A stretch of DNA of 64,000 nucleotides from an uncultured Gemmatimonadales bacterium (GTDB lineage Bacteria; Gemmatimonadota; Gemmatimonadetes; Gemmatimonadales; Gemmatimonadaceae), in contig CAWBZV010000010.1 in the NCBI GenBank assembly GCA_963793305.1, positions 128,001 to 192,000 of the forward strand, written 5' to 3'. Positions 1-10,120 of this stretch are shown piece by piece. Position 1 is the stretch's first letter. The number at the start of each line of letters is the position of its first letter. A program made the position numbers and the translations under genes. The notes beneath the pieces were generated by a model, which did not search any database, was not told the DNA's origin, and saw only the letters and a program-made list of their open reading frames with translations.

Positions 1-95
1 GCTGATGCGGAGAGGGGCGCGGTCGGCGTGATTCAGGTCAGCACGCCGAAGATGTACGCCCACATGTCGCATTGACATACACCAGGCTGAGCTCG

Positions 96-1958
96 ATGGC
101 AGCCGGAGGAAACGAGCGACCCCGGTATTCGACACTACTGCCAGTGGCTGCGGCGGTCGCGCTCGGTGCTGGCGGCGCCCTGTGGGTCTCGCCCGCCACG
201 CGATCAATGGCGGTCGAAATCTGGGAGCTCGGCCTCGCCGCCATCGGAGCACCGTTGGTATGGCAGACAGTCCGAGGGCTTTTCGCGCGACGCTTCGCGG
301 CGGATATCGTCGCCTCTTTGTCGATCATTGCGGCGTTGATCTTTCTTCAACCGTTCGCTGGTCTCTTGATCGTGCTGATGCAGAGTGGCGGCGAGGCACT
401 CGAGCAGTTCGCCGCCGGCCGCGCATCGGCGGCCGTCCGCGCACTCGAAGCCGCGGCGCCGAATGTGGCCCACCGATTGATCGGCAATGGCGTCGAGGAC
501 GTGTCCGCCGACGTAGTGGCGGTCGGCGACATGCTGTTGATCCGCCCGGGTGATCTCGTCCCTTGCGACGGACTCGTCGTGCACGGGCGCTCACATGTCG
601 ACACGTCGCGCTTGACCGGGGAACCGATTCCCGTCAGCGCCGAACCAGGCACACGGCTGCTGAGCGGAAGCCTCAACGGCGAGGGCCCGCTTGCGGTGCG
701 CGTGACGGCGCTGGCCCGGGAAAGCCAGTATGCCCGTATCGTCGATCTCGTCCGGTCGGCGCAGGCGAGCAAGGCGCCGCTCCAACGACTCGCGGACCGG
801 TACGCCATCTGGTTCACGCCACTGACGCTCGCCGCGTGCGCGGTGGTCTACGTCCTCACGCATGACGCGATCAGAGTACTCGCCGTCCTGGTCGTCGCGA
901 CGCCGTGTCCGCTCATTCTCGCGGCGCCGGTCGCCATCATCGGCGGCATCAATCGCGCCGCGCAGCGCCAGATCATCGTGCGCCACGGCGGCGCGCTCGA
1001 ACAACTCGCCGGCGTGAACGTGATGGTGTTCGACAAGACGGGCACGTTGACGGTCGGCCAGCCGACCGTGCGTCGGGTGGTGCCCGCGCCAGGCGAGGAT
1101 GAGGCGACGGTACTCGGATTGGCCGCGGGAGTCGAGCGCGGATCGAGTCACCTCCTGGCGCGCACCGTGGTAGAGGCCGCCGAACACCGGGGTCTCGCCG
1201 TCAGGACCGCCGACGATATTGTCGAGGTTCCAGGTCGCGGAGTGACTGGGACGGTGGACGGTCACCGCGTCACAGTCGGATCGCGCGCGTTCGTCGTCGA
1301 GCGCCATCCGGGAACGGCACCCGCCATCGCGACGCTTGACGCCGGGACAAGCGCGCTGCGCGCTTACGTCGTGATCGACGGCCGGGCCGGCGGGATGATC
1401 GAGTTCGCCGATCAGTTGCGGCCCTCCGTTACGAATCTCGTCACTGATTTAGGCCGACTCGGCATCGAGCGCACCATCCTATTGTCTGGTGACCAAGAAC
1501 GGTACACGCAGGATATCGCCTTGGCGTCCGGCATTCGTGAGGCACATGGCGGGCTCCTTCCCGCGGACAAAGAGCGCATCGTGCGCCAACTCGGCCGCGA
1601 CGGCAATCGGGTGCTCATGGTCGGCAATGGGACGAACAATGCCCCGGCGCTCTCCAGCGCCGCGGTCGGCGTAGCGCTTGCCGGCCACGGCGGCGGGATC
1701 GCCGCCGAGGCCGCCGACGTCGTGCTGCTGGTGGATGACGTATCGCGCGTCGTCGACGCCATCCGCATCGGCCGCCACACCGTCCGCATCGCGAAGGAAA
1801 GCATCTGGGCCGGACTCGGCCTCAGCGCGGCGGCCATGGTGTGCGCGGCATTCGGTCTGATCCCGCCAGCAGTGGGCGCTGGGCTGCAAGAAGCGATCAA
1901 TGTCGCGGTGATCGTCAACGCGCTGCGTGCGTCGGTGAAACCCGGATACCACGGCTGA
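96..1958 (+). CDS. Heavy-metal P1B-type ATPase (TPCP / QExxD, P1B-5-like)
   Basis: TGE, ATPCPL and DKTGT motifs are present. The hinge reads GNGTNN instead of GDGxND and the last helix reads QEAIN instead of QEAID (see findings). Start could be TTG 72. Confidence 0.9.
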   Translation: MAAGGNERPRYSTLLPVAAAVALGAGGALWVSPATRSMAVEIWELGLAAIGAPLVWQTVRGLFARRFAADIVASLSIIAALIFLQPFAGLLIVLMQSGGEALEQFAAGRASAAVRALEAAAPNVAHRLIGNGVEDVSADVVAVGDMLLIRPGDLVPCDGLVVHGRSHVDTSRLTGEPIPVSAEPGTRLLSGSLNGEGPLAVRVTALARESQYARIVDLVRSAQASKAPLQRLADRYAIWFTPLTLAACAVVYVLTHDAIRVLAVLVVATPCPLILAAPVAIIGGINRAAQRQIIVRHGGALEQLAGVNVMVFDKTGTLTVGQPTVRRVVPAPGEDEATVLGLAAGVERGSSHLLARTVVEAAEHRGLAVRTADDIVEVPGRGVTGTVDGHRVTVGSRAFVVERHPGTAPAIATLDAGTSALRAYVVIDGRAGGMIEFADQLRPSVTNLVTDLGRLGIERTILLSGDQERYTQDIALASGIREAHGGLLPADKERIVRQLGRDGNRVLMVGNGTNNAPALSSAAVGVALAGHGGGIAAEAADVVLLVDDVSRVVDAIRIGRHTVRIAKESIWAGLGLSAAAMVCAAFGLIPPAVGAGLQEAINVAVIVNALRASVKPGYHG

Positions 1959-1959
1959 C

Positions 1960-2537
1960 TCACACAACGGCGCTGCCGACAGCCTGTCGGGCCATAGCGG
2001 ACAGACGGTAGACGCGGCCACCTCGCGCGGCGAGCGAATGCTCGACGGTTATTTCATCCGGATGCGCGGCCGCCACATGGGCACCAACCGATTCGGCGAA
2101 CGCGAGCACATCGTTCGCGTCCGTCCCCTTTCGGATCGGCACCAGGATATGCATCCCTCGGCTGCCCAACGTCTTGGCGTACGACACCAGGTTGAGCGCG
2201 TCGAGGACTGCCTTGACGTACGATCCCGCGCGAGCGGCGTCGGCAAACTCACCGGACGGTGGATCGATGTCGAAGCATACCCAGTCGGGCTGCCGCGGTG
2301 CGCTCGCCCGGCTCGCCATCACGTGTACCGCAATGCAGCCCATGTTGACCAGCGTCAGCTGCGTGAGCAAGGAACCGCCGACCACGTACTCCGTGAACGC
2401 GCGCGTCTCGGTCTCATGAGCGATCCGCTTGGTCGGCGTATGGCATGGGGGGTGAATGCTTCTTTCAGAAACTGGTACCCAAGGGTATGCCGCCCGGGAT
2501 GCGACACGGCGATCGGCAATTCCCCGGTGTGCTTCAT
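1960..2537 (-). pseudogene. LigD polymerase (primase-like) domain remnant
   Basis: PDWVCFDIDPP, KT(L)GSRGMHILVP and GRVY motifs. The N-terminal piece (IAVSHP) is in another frame, with internal and C-terminal sequence missing. Confidence 0.8.
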
Positions 2538-2544
2538 GCGCCGT

Positions 2545-3171
2545 TCAGCGTATCCAGCTCAGCGTGACAACCGGCTTGCGTGGAGTCGGCGGCGCATCCT
2601 CAGTCGGAACACCGACGATGATCGCCGCGAACGCGTGAATGTCCGCGGGGATGCCAAGCTCCGCTTTTGTTTCCGGCTCATTCAGCGCTTTGAGCGCGAA
2701 TCCAATGCAACACGTGCCCAACCCCTCCGCGCACGCCGCCAGCATCAGGTTCTCGGCCGCCAGCCAGCAGTCCGCGGAGACGAACTCGCCAGTCGGAGTT
2801 GCGCCGATGACGACCAGCGTACCGGCATCATAGAAGATATTGAACGCCGGGTCGCCAAACGGTGAGGCGAGACCGTCACCGGGAGAGCCGGGCTGTTTCA
2901 GCACATTGCCGTGTCGCAATGCCTCCGCGCGGGCCATCCCCTTCGCCCGGTCGGACAGTCGCGCGAGCACCGCGCGATTCTGCACGACAATGAACCGCCA
3001 CGGCTCTTCGTGCATGGCCGTCGGCGCGCGCACCGCAGCATCGAGCAGCGCCCGCAACTGACCCTCGTCAATCGGATCTGTCTTGTACGATCGAACCGAG
3101 CGCCGCCGGTAGATGAGATCGACCAGGTCGCTGTGCGCCTCCGGCTCCCTGACATTCGTATGCATGGTCAT
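2545..3171 (-). CDS. Nitroreductase family protein
   Basis: RRSVRSY, APTAMHEEPWRF and AAENLMLAA..GLGTC motifs. Confidence 0.92.
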   Translation of the reverse strand: MTMHTNVREPEAHSDLVDLIYRRRSVRSYKTDPIDEGQLRALLDAAVRAPTAMHEEPWRFIVVQNRAVLARLSDRAKGMARAEALRHGNVLKQPGSPGDGLASPFGDPAFNIFYDAGTLVVIGATPTGEFVSADCWLAAENLMLAACAEGLGTCCIGFALKALNEPETKAELGIPADIHAFAAIIVGVPTEDAPPTPRKPVVTLSWIR

Positions 3172-3184
3172 TGGTGGCTGGGCC

Positions 3185-3640
3185 TCATACGAGGATGCCG
3201 GACTCTGCGATTCGGACTTCACTCGTAACGCCCCGCACTCCGCCCACGCACTCGAGCGCACGCTCGACCGCGTCATTCGCGCGCGCCGAAGGGACCGTGC
3301 CGCCGAGCGTCACCCAGCCGTCCTCGACCCGGATCGTCACGTGGAGCAGCCCACCCGCGACCGCCGCCGGCAACGCCGCCACGATCGCATGCGCAATCGT
3401 CGTATCACTGAGCGGCCGCGTAGCCTCGCCCACCACGTGCAATCCTTCGGCAATGGCCCGCACGCCATGCACATTGGCAATCGCGCGCTCTACCGCGATC
3501 TTCTGACTGACGGACGGAACGTACCCCGTCAACGTGATCACCCCGTCGGCGATCGTCACGCCGACCGTGCGCTGTGTCGTGCCCAGCTCGCGCTCGAGCG
3601 TGGCGACAACGTCACCATAGATCTCTCGATCCGTTCGCAT
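3185..3640 (-). CDS. BON domain protein (2 BON)
   Basis: Two DG(V/W)xTLxGxV...V.GVRxV repeats. Confidence 0.85.
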   Translation of the reverse strand: MRTDREIYGDVVATLERELGTTQRTVGVTIADGVITLTGYVPSVSQKIAVERAIANVHGVRAIAEGLHVVGEATRPLSDTTIAHAIVAALPAAVAGGLLHVTIRVEDGWVTLGGTVPSARANDAVERALECVGGVRGVTSEVRIAESGILV

Positions 3641-3743
3641 TGTCTGCCTCTCGTGGCTTGATGTGACGACAAGCTAGGCACGAGTCACACGCGCGGGTGT
3701 CGGGCTATCGCTCGACTTCCGTCCGACATTCCCCGACGGGTGG

Positions 3744-4200
3744 CTCCAAGCTTCGCGATACTGTCGACGTCGTGCTGGTCGGATACCTGCGCGGTCGCGG
3801 CAGGCGCGCGGCGCTGGGCATCGGATCACTCCTCGGCGCCGTCTACGATCCGGCGCACGATCGGTTCCGAACGATCGCAAGATCGGGTCGGGACTCTCGG
3901 ACTCCCAATGGAAAGCCCTACGCGCCAAGCTCGACGAGCAGGCCAAGCGGGTCTAGCCGGCACGCGTCGATTCGTCGATCACGCCGGACGTCTGGGTCGA
4001 GCCCACATACGTTGTCGAGGTGCTAGCGGACGAGATCACGCAGTCGCCGTTTCACACGGCGGGCAAGGTCGACGGAAAGCCGGGGTATGCGCTCCGGTTT
4101 CCCCGGGTGCTGTCGCTGCGGACCGACAAGTCGCCGGCCGACGCAACGACCGAGCGAGAGATCGTGAGTCTGTACCGCATGCAACGGCGATCTCGCCCTA
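3744..4200 (+). pseudogene. ATP-dependent DNA ligase C-terminal OB-fold remnant
   Basis: DTVDVVLVGYLRGRGRRA..GIGSLLGAVYD and EITQSP.HTAG..ALRFPR..RTDK motifs. Frameshift near 3878, in-frame TAG at 3954-3956, adenylation domain absent. Confidence 0.85.
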
Positions 4201-4286
4201 ACACTGCCGCGAAGCGGTCACGGTCTCCCACCCGAACCCGAGCACGCGCACAGTGGCCGGGATTCGAATGGGAGATCCTGTCCTGC

Positions 4287-4949
4287 TTAGCCCGTCACCG
4301 TGATCAGATCCTCGACGTCGGTCACGCCGGGCGCCGACCATGCTGCGCGCTCAGCCTCGCGCCGTTCCGGCCACGACGGCACGCTACCGCGCAGCGTGAC
4401 CTTCGGCCCAATCGTCTGCACGACGATCCGGCTCGCGTCGACCTCGGCGTGCCGCTTGAGCGCCGCCTCGATCTCGGTCTTGACCGTTTGCGACGTTGGC
4501 ATACGCGGACTCACCACGATGAGATTCGTGATGCCCCGTAGGCCGACCAGAGTGCGCAGCGAGCGCTCAGCCTCACTACGCTGGTACTCGTGGTCCACTG
4601 TCCCGCCGAGCGTCGCCCATCCCTTCTCGACGGCGACGGTCACTTTCCCCCGAGGCACGAAGCTGTTCCATTCGATCAATGTCGCCGCACCCTCAGCGAG
4701 TCTCGCGTCCGTTCGCTCGTCGGCCTTGGGCAAAGCAATCTCGAGCTCCTGCGCGACCGCGCGCACGCCCTTGACGCGCTCAGCGGCCCTGAGCGCTGCA
4801 TACTTCTCGGCATAACTCGGGACCGTGCCCCGCAAGGTCACCACCCCATCCTTGGCCTTGACCCCGATCCCCTTCTCCGTGACGCTCGGCTCCCAGCCGA
4901 GCTCGGCGAGCACATCGCGTTCCAGATCCGTATCCGTTTTGATCGGCAT
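4287..4949 (-). CDS. BON/OsmY-like protein (3 BON)
   Basis: Three BON repeats ending AAWSAPGVTDVEDLI; AGGAGG upstream. Confidence 0.93.
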   Translation of the reverse strand: MPIKTDTDLERDVLAELGWEPSVTEKGIGVKAKDGVVTLRGTVPSYAEKYAALRAAERVKGVRAVAQELEIALPKADERTDARLAEGAATLIEWNSFVPRGKVTVAVEKGWATLGGTVDHEYQRSEAERSLRTLVGLRGITNLIVVSPRMPTSQTVKTEIEAALKRHAEVDASRIVVQTIGPKVTLRGSVPSWPERREAERAAWSAPGVTDVEDLITVTG

Positions 4950-5064
4950 ATCGCCTCCTATTGTGAGTACTATGGCGATTGCTATTTAGATCAGGCCGCG
5001 GTCAATCGTGTCAGGGGATCCCGGTAATCGTGTGCGGAATTCTCGGACATGGTGCTGACACAGC

Positions 5065-5100
5065 AAGAACCCCCCGCACCGATCGCTCAATGCGGGGGGT
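5065..5100 (-). terminator. Intrinsic terminator-like hairpin
   Basis: Minus strand reads ACCCCCCGCATTGA-GCGA-TCGGTGCGGGGGGT-TCTT: a 14-bp stem with G-U pairs and a GNRA loop. Confidence 0.7.
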
Positions 5101-5323
5101 CCTTCAGCTGGTAGCTGTCGATCGTTCGTTCGGCACCACCGAAATGGTCTGATCGATAGCCGTGACCGTCGTCGAACGGGTTCGCCATCGGCCTTTTTCA
5201 CGACGCTGTGACCAGCGACCTCACAGCCTGCGCACCATTGCCGAACAGCTGATGCGTATGCGCCCATGGTATCCCGTACCAAGAACGCACCACCAATATC
5301 GCCACTTTCGTATGGCACGCCAG

Positions 5324-5338
5324 TCAGGGATTCCCCGA
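5324..5338. promoter_or_regulatory. Palindromic operator TCAGGGATTCCCCGA
   Basis: Near-identical copy at 7112-7126; variant at 5011-5025. Confidence 0.55.
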
Positions 5339-5509
5339 AACACGCAAGCGGTTCTCCCGACAGATAACGCGTCGCGGCATGGTATTCATCATGATGCCGT
5401 GAACCAGGAGTGGAGATGAAGACCGATGCGACCGCTGGGATAGTCACACTTCGCGGGGCAGTACCGAGTTACGGCGAGAAGATTGCTGCGGAACGCGCCG
5501 AGCACTAAC

Positions 5510-6488
5510 ATGCGGCCGCGAATCCTTCTGATCACAACGGCGGTCATCGTGCTTGGGCTCGCGAGTGTCTGCGTGCTCTATGCGCACGACCTCGGACGCG
5601 CGCGTGCGCGCCTTGCCGGCCGTAGTCAGATAGTCGAGACGTCGCTGGGCACCGTGGAGTACGCCGTACTGGGTGCGGGCGAACCGATACTCGCTGTCCA
5701 CGGCGCGAGCGGTGGCTTTGACCAAGGCATCGATCTGACCGGCGCGATGACTGGACACGGCTATCGGATTATCGCTCCCTCCCGTTTCGGCTACCTTCGC
5801 TCGTCGATGCCCGCTGGCGCGACAACCGCCATGCAGGCTGATGCCTACGCCCAACTGCTCGACCACCTCGGCATCGACAAGGTGTTCGTCGTCGGCATTT
5901 CGGCGGGTGCCTGGTCGGCCAGTCAGTTCGCGATCCGATATCCGCAACGGTGCCGGGCGCTTGTGCTCCTCGTTCCCGCGAACTACCTGCCGCCGGGGAT
6001 GTCTATACACGGCGGCGCCATCGCGAGGGCGATCTTGAGCTCCGATTTCGTCGCCTGGGCAGCGCTCAAACTCATGCCGCTTGCGCCAGGTGGGATGACC
6101 CGGAGCCTGCTCGGCACGGACGATGCCCTTGTGCGCTCATCAGAGCCCAGCGAGAGGGCGCGAATTCAGCAAGTGCTCGACCATCTGCTGCCGATAACAC
6201 CGCGCGCCGCGGGGACACAGTTCGAACGTCCGGACAGCCGCCACGCGCGAGCCGTACGCGATCCAACGTATCGTCTGCCCTGTCCTGACGATCAGTGCCG
6301 ATGACGATCAATTTCACACGAACGACCGAGCTCGGTATATCGCGGCCACCGTCCCGGACGGCCGCGATATTGTGTTTCCGACCGGCGGCCATGCGTTGGT
6401 CGGCCACTACACCGACGCCCTGGCTGACGTGATGACTTTTCTCCAGAGAGGTGCGGGGAGCGGCCCGGGCCGCGCGCGCGGCAGCTGA
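5510..6488 (+). CDS. Alpha/beta hydrolase with N-terminal TM/signal; apparent +1 frameshift at ~6225
   Basis: VHGASGG and GISAG nucleophile elbow. Removing one A from TTCGAACGTC restores CPVLTISADDD...TGGHAL to TGA 6486-6488. Confidence 0.85.
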
Positions 6489-6718
6489 CGGGCCTCTAGC
6501 CTTCGACATGATCACCGTCCGAGTCACGCAAGCGGTCCCGCGCCTGAATGGCCTGGCCGTCTTCGCGCTGGGCCTCTAGTTCTGGCCGAGTCGCTGGCCA
6601 AGCACATTGAAACCCTCGCCGGCGCCGCACGATAGCGCGGCCCACAGTGACGGTCCACAGCGGCGTTTTTCGCATCTCATGTCATGAAGCGCTTCGAACA
6701 CGGCCCAAGCACACGATA

Positions 6719-6946
6719 GTGGATCCGTTGACTGTCGCATTTGGAGTAGCCGTGGCCCGTCGGCGGCGCGCGATGGGACTCTCGTGGCGCGGGCTGGGCA
6801 CGCGGTGCCGTGTGAGTGCGAACACCATACGCAACGTGGAGCGAGCCGTTGGATGCAGTCGACTGGATATCGTCGCGCGCGTCGCCGAGGGTCTGGGGAC
6901 GCCCCTGTGGCGACTGATCCGCGAGGCTGAAAAGAGTCACCGGTGA
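6719..6946 (+). CDS. XRE/Cro-family HTH regulator
   Basis: AFGVAVARRR..GLS...TIRNVER...LDIVARVAEGLG pattern; start uncertain (6647 possible). Confidence 0.75.
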   Translation: MDPLTVAFGVAVARRRRAMGLSWRGLGTRCRVSANTIRNVERAVGCSRLDIVARVAEGLGTPLWRLIREAEKSHR

Positions 6947-7111
6947 GGACGACCACGCGATGGGCCGTTGGCTACTCGTCTCTCAGCGCCGCAACGGGAT
7001 CGAGGTTCGCCGCACGTCGCGTGGGTAAGTAACTCGCGACCAATGCCACACACGCCAGGATGGCTCTTGTTCATCCTATTCCATGAACGCGGGAACGTCC
7101 GACACGTAGCG

Positions 7112-7126
7112 TCAGGGACTCCCCGA
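7112..7126. promoter_or_regulatory. Palindromic operator TCAGGGACTCCCCGA
   Basis: About 80 bp upstream of a BON gene; matches 5324-5338 at 14/15. Confidence 0.55.
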
Positions 7127-7205
7127 CACGTTCGCGGCTTCGACCCGACAGACGCCGCGCGGGGCTCGACCGATACTCCTGATGTCAACCGTATCGGAGG
7201 GAGCC

Positions 7206-7676
7206 GTGTCCAATGATCGCAGGCTACACGAACAGGTGCTCGTGGCCATATGCCGTGAGCTCGGTGTCGACATTCAGAGCGTCAGTGCGCGGGTGGAGTC
7301 AGGCGTCGTGTCGCTGAGCGGCATCGTCGATACCCCTGCCGAGCTGGTGGCGGTCGAGCGGGCGGTGTGGGGCGTGTCGGGCATCCGTGGGATGACGCAA
7401 CGCATGCGCGCGCGCCGGACATTCGAAGGTGGCCCGACCAATGCCGAGCTTGTCCTGGCGGTACTGAATACCGTCAAGCGCAACGTGCGCGTCCGCGTCG
7501 AAGACGGCGTCGTGACGCTCATGGGCCCGTTTGCGACCGCGGCCGAGCGCGATGGGGCCGCCGCTGCCGCAGCATCGGTCGCCGGTGTGCGTGGCGTGTC
7601 GGTCGCAGACGACATCGGTACGACGGTATCGCGTCGGCCAACGCTCGTGTCGCGTATTCGCGCGTCGTGGGCGTAG
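7206..7676 (+). CDS. BON domain protein (2 BON)
   Basis: GVVSLSGIV and DGVVTLMG...VAGVRGV; GGAGG before the GTG. Confidence 0.82.
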   Translation: MSNDRRLHEQVLVAICRELGVDIQSVSARVESGVVSLSGIVDTPAELVAVERAVWGVSGIRGMTQRMRARRTFEGGPTNAELVLAVLNTVKRNVRVRVEDGVVTLMGPFATAAERDGAAAAAASVAGVRGVSVADDIGTTVSRRPTLVSRIRASWA

Positions 7677-7707
7677 CGGCAAGGATTGCGCCAGCGTACC
7701 GAATGGC

Positions 7708-8688
7708 ATGCGTATCCTCGTCTACGGCGCCGGCGTGCAGGGCTCGCTGTACGCCGCGCGGCTCCACGAGGCCGGGCACTATGTGACCGTGCTCGCGCGC
7801 GGCGAGCGTCTCGGCGCGCTGCGGGCACAGGGCGTCGTCCTCGAGGAGGCGCTGACCGGGCGGCGCACGCACGCGCGCGTCGACGTGACCGCGTCACTCG
7901 AGCCCGATGACGTATTCGACCTCATCATAGTCGCCGTGCGGCGCGACCAAGTTGACGCCGTGCTCCCAACGATCGCGGCAGCGCGCCGCGTGCCGATGGT
8001 GCTGTTCATGCACAACCACGCCGGCGGCGCCTCGGCGCTGCTCAATGCGGTCGGAGCCGAGCGAGTCGTGCTCGGGTTCCCGGGCGCCGGCGGGGTACGC
8101 GTTGGGTCGGTCGTGCGCTACGTGCTGATCCCACAGCAACCGACGACCATCGGCGAGCCGAGCGGGCGTCGAACGCCCCGGCTCCACACGCTCACGCGAG
8201 CGTTGCGCCGCGCGGGATTTCCCGTCAGAACGGAGTCACGCATGAACGCGTGGCTCAACGCACACGCCGTCTTCGTGACCGCCGTTGCCGGGAGCCTGTA
8301 TCTCGTCGACGGTAACACGGCGACACTGGCCGCAGATCGAGGTGCCATCGCGGGCTTGATCCGAGGCGTGCGCGAGGGGTTCCGGGCGCTGGCCATGAGC
8401 AGGAGCGGGGCGCCACCGATCAATCTGCGCGCGATATTCGCGTGGGCGCCGGAACGGGTCGCGGTATGGTACTGGAGCCGATATTTCTCGCAGCCGATGG
8501 CCGACTATGCGTTCGGCGGTCATGTCAAAGCCGCTGCCGTCGAGATGCAAGCACTCGCTCGGGAGGTGGGCCGCATCCTGCACGGTACCTCGGTGCCAAC
8601 GGCCACGCTGGACGCGTTGTGGGCTGCGATAGAGGTCCGAGCACGCGATGGCGCGATGGCGTCCGAACAGAAGACTGGATGTCGGTAG
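7708..8688 (+). CDS. Ketopantoate reductase (ApbA/PanE)-family oxidoreductase
   Basis: MRILVYGAGVQGSLYA Rossmann start; DLIIVAVR and LGFPGAGG. Confidence 0.88.
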   Translation: MRILVYGAGVQGSLYAARLHEAGHYVTVLARGERLGALRAQGVVLEEALTGRRTHARVDVTASLEPDDVFDLIIVAVRRDQVDAVLPTIAAARRVPMVLFMHNHAGGASALLNAVGAERVVLGFPGAGGVRVGSVVRYVLIPQQPTTIGEPSGRRTPRLHTLTRALRRAGFPVRTESRMNAWLNAHAVFVTAVAGSLYLVDGNTATLAADRGAIAGLIRGVREGFRALAMSRSGAPPINLRAIFAWAPERVAVWYWSRYFSQPMADYAFGGHVKAAAVEMQALAREVGRILHGTSVPTATLDALWAAIEVRARDGAMASEQKTGCR

Positions 8689-8970
8689 TTCCGCAGCGCA
8701 CCAGGTCCCACTGAAGTTCTTCCTGTTGGTTGTGTCCTCTGCATTCCGTTCTGGTTGGCCGGCGCCTCGATGCTGCTGCAAGCTCACCGGTCTCCGGCAT
8801 GGATCGCCGAGTGGGGTGTTGGCACTATCGCAACACGGGTTCTTCTCGTCTGGCTGTACAACAACACGGGCAGGAGCGTCTTCGCCGTCACGCAGTGCCA
8901 CGCGATGCAGAATCTCAGTTGGATGCTGTTCCCGGTCTACGGTTCCTACTACGACCCGCTGGTTATCCAC
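8679..8970 (+). pseudogene. CPBP/CAAX (Abi) intramembrane protease remnant with internal deletion
   Basis: N-terminal KFFLL..IPFWL fragment abuts C-terminal WLYNNTGRSVF...HAMQN fragment; the EExxxR core is missing. Confidence 0.65.
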
Positions 8971-10120
8971 CGTGCCGGACGAGCGTCACGCAGAGTCCCA
9001 TCAGGGCCCCGCCGAGCACGAGCCAGGCGGAGCTCGCCCGAAATTTGACCAGCAGCACGAGACTCGCGATCAGAATTCCCAGGGTCAGACCATCAACCAG
9101 CGCCGCGCGCCCGAGTTGTACGCTAACGACCGCCATGAGTGCGAGCGACGCGACGGTCACCCCGCTCAGCACCGCGCCGGCGATCGCCGAGCGTTTGATC
9201 CGTGGAACGAGTGGACCGCTGGCCGCCACGTAGAGGAACGAGGGAAGAAAGACGCCGACGGTGGCAACGAGTGCGCCCGGCAGTCCGCCGAGCACATATC
9301 CGATGAACGTCGCCGTCGTGAACACCGGCCCCGGCGTCACCTGGCCGACCGCGACCGCGTCCAACAACTGCCGCTCTGTCAACCAATGCAGACGCTGTAC
9401 GAGGTCGCCTTGCAGAAAGGCCAACAGGACATACCCGCTCCCGTACAACACGGCGCCAACTTTAAGAAAGACGACGAACAGCGGCCAGAGTCCGAATGCC
9501 GTCCCACCCGCCGTCGACGTCGCGGTGAGACCGGACCACCATACGGCAGCCGCCACCCGTCCCTTGCGCACGAGCTCCGGTAGCACCCCGAGCAGTCCTC
9601 CAATGCCGAGCACCGGGAGTACACCGATCCCCAGCGCGGCCGCGACGAGCGTGCAGATCGCTACGACGCCGAGCCATCGGCTTTTGATCGCAGTCGGCGC
9701 CAGGTTGCGAAGTGCCTCGAGGACCACAGCGATCACCACCGGCTCGACGCCATAGAGAACGCCCGCCGCGGCCGGCAGGGTGCCGAACTGGCGATAGGCC
9801 CACGCGATCGCGCTCACGATCAGAAACGCCGGGAGAATGAAGCACACGCCGGCGACCACGAGTCCGCGCCACCCCGCACGCCGGTAGCCAATGAAGATCG
9901 CCAGCTCCGTCGAGTTCGGACCTGGGATCACGTTGGCCGCGCCCAGCAGGTCGAGAAACTCCTCACGCATCAGCCACCCGCGCCGCCGCACGACCTGATC
10001 TTCCATCATCGCGATGTGCGCCGCCGGCCCGCCGAACGCGGTTGTCCCGAGCGTCAGAAAGTACGTGGCCAATTCGATGAGTGATACCGGCTGGCCGTCA
10101 TGAGCAGGACGCTCGCTCAT
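8963..10120 (-). CDS. chrA: Chromate transporter, long-chain CHR family
   Basis: AFGGPAAHIAM, PGPNSTE, GSGYVLLAF and TPGPVFTTATFIGY. Confidence 0.93.
   Translation of the reverse strand: MSERPAHDGQPVSLIELATYFLTLGTTAFGGPAAHIAMMEDQVVRRRGWLMREEFLDLLGAANVIPGPNSTELAIFIGYRRAGWRGLVVAGVCFILPAFLIVSAIAWAYRQFGTLPAAAGVLYGVEPVVIAVVLEALRNLAPTAIKSRWLGVVAICTLVAAALGIGVLPVLGIGGLLGVLPELVRKGRVAAAVWWSGLTATSTAGGTAFGLWPLFVVFLKVGAVLYGSGYVLLAFLQGDLVQRLHWLTERQLLDAVAVGQVTPGPVFTTATFIGYVLGGLPGALVATVGVFLPSFLYVAASGPLVPRIKRSAIAGAVLSGVTVASLALMAVVSVQLGRAALVDGLTLGILIASLVLLVKFRASSAWLVLGGALMGLCVTLVRHGG

Noticed and set aside
23..49. FNR-like box or inverted repeat upstream of the ATPase
   Set aside because: GTGAT-N4-GTCAG is a weak match at the window edge and its context is unavailable.
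1621..1901. Genetic-code reassignment (AAT read as Asp)
   Set aside because: Conserved Asn positions elsewhere use AAY normally, and the same context also gives S>L changes and insertions.
4986..5447. 153-aa minus-strand ORF
   Set aside because: It runs through a terminator and operator boxes and has no recognisable motifs.
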